Positions 35,411 to 40,781 of a stretch of 40,781 bases of DNA are shown here, one piece after another. A program made the position numbers and the translations under genes. The number at the start of each line of letters is the position of its first letter. Position 1 is the stretch's first letter. Where the stretch lies: the NCBI GenBank assembly GCA_032718475.1, contig JAUCBJ010005822.1, positions 1 to 40,781 of the forward strand. Reading direction: 5' to 3'. The DNA is from Nemertoderma westbladi (taxonomy: Eukaryota > Animalia > Xenacoelomorpha). The notes beneath the pieces were generated by a model. That model was not told the origin of the DNA, did no database searches, and saw only the letters and a program-made list of their open reading frames with translations.

Positions 35411-36032
35411 AAGGAATGCCTGTTCACCACCCCACCATGGGTGATCGTCCACAGTAAACCCTTCCACTCTGTTTCCTAAAGGAATGCCTGTTCACCACCA
35501 TGGGTGATCTTCCACAGTAAACCCTTCCACTCTGTTTCCCAAAGGAATGCCTGTTCACCTCCACGGGTGATCTTCCACAGTAAACCCTTCCACTGTGTTT
35601 CCTAAATGAATGCATGTTCACTGCCATGTCTGATCTTCCACAGTGATCCCTTCCACTCTGTTTCCTAAAGGAATACCTGTTCACCATCATGGGTGATCTT
35701 CCACAGTAAACCCTTCCACTCTGTTTCCTAAAGGAATACCTGTTCACCTCCATGGGTGATCTTCCACAGTAAACCCTTCCACTCTGTTTCCTAAAGGAAT
35801 GCATGTTCACTACCATGTCTGATCTTCCACAGTGATCCCTTCCACTCTGTTTCCTAAAGGAATACCTGTTCACCTCCATGGGTGATCTTCCACAGTAAAC
35901 CCTTCCACTCTGTTTCCTAAAGGAATGCCTGTTCACTAACATGTCTGATCTTCCACAGTGAACCCTTCCACTCTGTTTCCTAAAGGAATACCTGTTCACC
36001 ATCATGGGTGATCTTCCGCAGTAAACCCTTCC
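35411..36032. repeat. 63-bp intronic minisatellite, ~10 copies
   Basis: Unit AAGGAATGCCTGTTCACC...CCCTTCCACTCTGTTTCCTA. It produces the 21-aa periodicity of ORF 35424..36005. Confidence 0.95.
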
Positions 36033-36269
36033 ACGCTACTTCGCAACTAATAGCTATTATTGGTGAGAGATATTAGCTATTATCTAGTAAATGCCATTAT
36101 ACTGCAAGTCAAACCGAACCCTCTTATTTGTTACACTGATTCCGGGGTCTAACGCATATCCTCGACAGGCCACTGGTTGACCGACAGCAGGTTCCCTGAG
36201 CGAAACCAGAAGTCTACTACTAGGATCGGCATGCTGCATTGCAGCTGCATTTTTAAGAATGCTGTGCCG

Positions 36270-36478
36270 GCTTGTCAACAAAATTGCACCGCCACAACTC
36301 CCTATCACCCATGACATTTGCTAGATCATCCGCATCTTTAAGGCCAGTGTCCTTTAAGATGCGTCTCAAGAAAGTCATGGGCTGTCCACCATGCTTATTC
36401 ACTCCATGAGGCTGCCAAAGTACAAGATTATGCACTGGCTGGTCCTCACGGCGAAAGCAATGTCCTGCAAGGCGGAGG
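36270..36478 (-). mobile_element. 3' fragment of an RTE-like LINE ORF
   Basis: LRLAGHCFRR...LVLWQPHG...GGQPMTF...KDTG...DRELWR resembles the C-terminal motif of RTE-clade ORFs. Confidence 0.7.
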
Positions 36479-36648
36479 CCGATTTGACCAGAAGTCAAAT
36501 GAGAAGGGAGGTGGCATTCCACTAGAGAGCGGCTGTGGAATCGTATAAGGGTTTTTCTATTATCTCACACACCCGATGAACGATATCCCTCCAGTAACCT
36601 TTACTGGATGAGTTCCCTTACAAGGGTTTGGATAGGCCGCAGCATTTA

Positions 36649-36819
36649 AAGCACTGTATCCAAGCATTAAACTGCCCCTTCAAGCCTTGTATCCAAGCAG
36701 TAAAATGCCCCATCAAGCACTGTATCCAAGCAGTAAAATGCCCCATCAAGCACTGTATCCAAGCAGTAAACTGCCCCATCAAGCACTGTATCCAAGCAGT
36801 AAACTGCCCCATCAAGCAC
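36649..36819. repeat. 33-bp tandem repeat x5
   Basis: Unit AAGCACTGTATCCAAGCAGTAAACTGCCCCATC. Confidence 0.93.
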
Positions 36820-37804
36820 CATCAAAAGCTTATTTCGTGATCTACTATCCAGTACTAGTCGTTATGATGGTACACTTCTTTAAAATGTGTTTTTGAAGCA
36901 ATAAAAAATGCTATAAATTCGTTTTTAGAAATTTTTCATGTGTTGTAACGCACGTTTTTTAAGATATCTTTTTGAGTGTGAAATGTGTATTAGGACGGTG
37001 CGTTTTTTACTTTTTTTCGATTTCATTGTTCTACCGGTGCACAAAAGTTGCCAAATGGTAAAAAAATAAGGCAAAAAAAATTTCTTTAAATTTCGTCTAT
37101 GGATCCCAAGAAGGTTGAAATTTTGAGCCATCGCGATCTACCATAATGAAATTTATAACAATAAAACACATTAGTGAAAAATCAATGACTCAAGAAAGAA
37201 CTTCCTGCATGCATCAAATGTCATCAAATGTGTCCAAATTTAGTAAGATACCAAAATTTTAATTTTTGGATCAAGGGAACTAGTGCCACAGGCACGTGGC
37301 CAGAACTTACCATTTGGGACAAATGATGATAATTCTAAATTTTCGCGATGGCCAACTTTGAGTTCTCCTACTGCAAATATATGTTTATATGCAAATTTAA
37401 GACTTTTTCTCTAAAATGCTGCAAAAATGAAATGAATAATTGCGATAAAATGAAACATCTGTTTAAGTATCGCGACTGTATAGCCTACAGCAACTTTCAA
37501 TATATTTTTTAGCTTTCTTTTAATGTGTAACACAGCACTGTAATACTCATGTCCCATTGAATCACAGCTTATTGTGAAATTATATAAGTTATTCTGGAAC
37601 ATCGCTAATTAATTTTATAAACCTTTTTGGTCATTAACAAGGTAATAGTGAATCCAAAATTTGTGGTTCAGGTTTATTGCGAACTACAGAGTTTTTTGCT
37701 AGATTTACTCGACTATTACTTAAAATATATTTAATTCGCCGGGCCCACCCCACAACAATTTATTTATTAGTCCCTCCCTTTGTGCAGAGTTATGTACACA
37801 TTAG

Positions 37805-37936
37805 ATAGATAGATTTATTTATACATTATGTAAAAACAATAACAAATACACCAAACAATGTACCGGTATAAAGGTATTGTCCAACATAACATATAGGATT
37901 ACCCCTAAAGCTTTGCAGCTTATTTCCAAGGGGATC
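37805..37936 (-). mobile_element. Short 5'-truncated retroposon insertion with an 8-bp TSD
   Basis: Absent from copy A. CACATTAG is duplicated at 37797-37804 and 37937-37944. The minus-strand end reads AAATAAATCTATCTAT. Confidence 0.75.
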
Positions 37937-39088
37937 CACATTAGTATTACTCATTCCCATACACGGGTTACCCGCAGGGCAGAGGTTGTTATGTTGTCAT
38001 CTGAAATACACCACTCGCATTGCAGCAGCGGAGACTGTTGTGGCAGTATAATTTTTTTACTAATTTTAATGAAATTGCAAGATAAGAGGCCTATTACTAA
38101 AAAGCAAACCATATTCCTAACCTTGATCAGAACCATAACTTGAATTGATATATATCACGATTCGTTTTCATTACCTACTGAGGTTCTTGTCTCCATGTTG
38201 TGATTCTGGTTCCATGATTGACAAACTGTATTTGGTTGAAAAATGAAGTTGTTAATTAAAAATGCAAATAAACTTGGAAATTCGCGGGCAATATTAGTCC
38301 GTACGATGGAATTACACAGATGTAACACAGGCATATCAAACAATGTTAAAGTACCGGGGGGCGGGGGGGGGGGGGGGGTATGTTATATACTGTTCAGTAC
38401 ATCATGCTTCTGATAAACCATCAAGGATTAATTTATTTAGTGTGTTATGTTTTATTTCCTATAAGGATATATAAAAATATCATGTTGTGTTACACTGTAT
38501 GACGTCCTATTTTTTCACCGTTTCTCAAAAATCAATTATCATCATATACTGTACTGGTACTCCTTGTACTGTAGGCCTACATATGCTACAGACTCAGACT
38601 TGCAATTACAACAGTAATATTGTTCTATAAGTACCGGTAGCGCCTACGACAATCTATGTTCCCATTCCTTTCTTTATAATAATAATTGAGAAGTACAGTA
38701 ATATAATTATTTTCATTCTTTTTATTTAAAATAAAGTGCCACTTTTTGTGCTGATGTAGTGAGTGCGTAATTAAAATACTTTGCAACAAGTAAGCCTGTG
38801 TTTACTTTTGAATTTTATTACAAAATTGTAATACATAACGATAACTGCTGAAGTAAAACTAATTACATAATGATCAAATTATTTTAAAAAAAACAGTAAT
38901 TTACTTGTGAAATTTTTCAAATTTCATTATAGGATTTCAAGTATAAAATGTTTGCAGAATAATTTAACAAATTGATTACCGGTATTTATTTACATGCTGC
39001 GACAGTCAATACTGCGCATGCAAGCATTAATCTTACAATGAATTGTACCTGAATTAAGTATTGTAGGGCAACTTCTGATATATAGCCT

Positions 39089-39348
39089 CGTTCACACCCA
39101 ACGGTGCGTGAGCGGTAAAGTAGTCTAGCGGTATTGAAGCGGTAAGCCAGCGGTACACTACCCGGAGCCCGTTCACACCCAACGGTGCGTGAGCGCTAAA
39201 GTAGTCTGGCGGTATTAAAGCGGTAAGCCAGCGGTACACTACCCGGAGCCCGTTCACACCCAACGGTGCGTGAGCGGTAAAGTAGTCTAGCGGTATTAAA
39301 GCGGTAAGCCAGCGGTACACTACCTGGGGCCCGTTCACACCCAACGGT
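39089..39348. repeat. 81-bp tandem repeat x3+ at the end of the Harbinger-like MITE in copy B
   Basis: CGTTCACACCCAACGGT starts at 39089, 39170, 39251 and 39332. Confidence 0.93.
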
Positions 39349-39847
39349 ACTGATAGTCTATCTGTGGACTGTTAATTCAACACAAAATTACATTAACTGT
39401 TTTAACATTGTTTATATGGGCTGCGGTAAACCGCTCGGTTTAGCGTACAACTACCTGTTGGGTCGTTCACAGTCAGCGGTGTACCGCTGGCCCTGCGGTA
39501 CACCGCGCGGTGTACCGTTCCGTCGGATGTGTACGGGCCTTTTTAAGTTGTAATTATGGTCGAAACACCATTGACACTTACTGGGGCCGGTTCATTCTGT
39601 ATTGTTTTTGTGGCTATGCGTCAATCAACAAATAATAAAAATATCGTAAATAGTAACGCCGACATCGGAAAGTTGTAGAGTTGCAAAAACTAAATTTATA
39701 TTGAATGCACACTTCTCATTTGATATGTAATATTCTAGAATTGTAATGTGCTTATAACAACACTATCGAAATAAATTTTTCAATCAAATTATAAATCACA
39801 ATAAGGTTGAAGAATAACTACAGTTGCAAAATTGCTAAATTAAATGA

Positions 39848-39919
39848 ATATCACATATCAAATGTGCGATATCACATATCAAATGTGCGATATCCCATAT
39901 CAATTGTGCGATATCACAT
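39848..39919. repeat. 21-bp tandem repeat x3
   Basis: Unit ATATCACATATCAAATGTGCG. Confidence 0.85.
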
Positions 39920-40339
39920 GTTCCCTTTCTAGCGACGTTATTTTTGTGATTTTTTTTACATTATGTCAACTTTTCAGCGCTATTGTTGTCCTCGTAACGC
40001 TAAAAAAATAACTTTGCGTCGTTACTGCAGGTCGGAACGCTGCAAAGTATATTTACCACGTAGAAACAATCGACTTCTGAATTGCTTTAGTTTGGGTGAT
40101 CCCGGTAGCTATTGTATGCTAAAAGTATGGGATAGTTTACCGTGGAGTTGTAGAAACAACCTAGACAATAATTAATTGCATTATATGGATAGAATTTCAA
40201 CAATAGTACAGTACTAAATATTATAATGTTTAATTAAGCGATCGGAACTACAACAAGTTAACATAATGTAACTAAATTACGGACCTTTTTGTATGAAAAA
40301 ATACACTCTATTCAGAGTTAAAGAACCTTGTGTACTCGT

Positions 40340-40575
40340 ATAAGACCCCCCCCCCCCCCTTCCTCCGTCCGTCTGTCAGTCCGTCCGTATTTCTGTTAGT
40401 CTCTCTGTCAGTCCGTCTGTAATAAAAAATTCAATTGTTAATAACTTTTGAAGCCTTTAACCAATTTCAACCATTTCAACAATTAATATATGAAAGACCT
40501 ACAGGATGCACAAAAAAATGAGAGGAGTCAAATTTTATATTTATGCAATTCTAAATGCAATTTAATTATGTTCTC
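40340..40575 (+). mobile_element. DINE-1/Helentron-like fragment (tentative)
   Basis: CCGT/CTGT microsatellite followed by TAACTTTTGA...CCAATTTCAACC. Confidence 0.4.
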
Positions 40576-40781
40576 AAATTGCCACGGTGTACCTAATTTA
40601 AGATTACTACTGTGTGAATCAGATGAAGGGCCATTTATGGGTTTTTGACTGATTGTTAAGACTGAATGTAAAATGTATTAGGGTGTTGTACCGCTGTAAT
40701 AGGTGCTTTGTAATAAATATATTTTGTTTAACTGTTTTCTTGAATTTAACAACATTATTTATTGGTACATCAACCCCCCCC

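Larger units (their letters stand above)
37393..39632 (-). repeat. ~2.2-kb dispersed repeat, copy B (inverted relative to 3757-5690)
   Basis: Reverse complement of copy A, plus a 132-bp insertion and an 81-bp tandem expansion. Confidence 0.95.

Noticed and set aside
35285-36005. ORFs 35424..36005 and 35285..35467 as protein genes
   Set aside because: The first is a 63-bp repeat translation. The second overlaps the true receptor exon in the wrong frame.
37311-37371. Candidate upstream receptor exon (TTGCAG...ATG|GTAAGT on minus)
   Set aside because: Does not encode a Cys-loop or any nAChR motif; it looks like repeat sequence.
3757-39632. A single giant transposon (Polinton/Teratorn-like) with 2-kb TIRs
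   Set aside because: No polymerase, integrase, capsid or transposase inside, no TSD at the outer ends, and the interior is ordinary host genes.

Overview
This is animal (invertebrate-like) genomic DNA: AT-rich, intron-containing and dense in repeats. It holds two host genes, both on the minus strand. (1) A complete 4-exon HID1 gene (21433 to 11543, 825 aa as spliced by hand). (2) The last three exons of a divergent nicotinic-type Cys-loop ligand-gated ion channel subunit (35358 to 31908); its upstream exons were not found in the window. The rest is minisatellites, non-autonomous DNA transposons with readable TIRs/TSDs, a degenerate CR1/L2-like LINE nested inside a foldback element, a Gypsy gag-protease fragment, and two ~2-kb inverted copies of one repeat about 32 kb apart. 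There are two main highlights. First, the nicotinic-type subunit has the anion-channel PAR filter (LPSTAG-PAR) instead of the cationic GEK and lacks the vicinal cysteines of loop C. Second, HID1 intron 3 is almost entirely a ~3-kb tandem array whose unit repeats the gene's own 5' splice site. All coordinates and translations were read by eye; no database search was possible.
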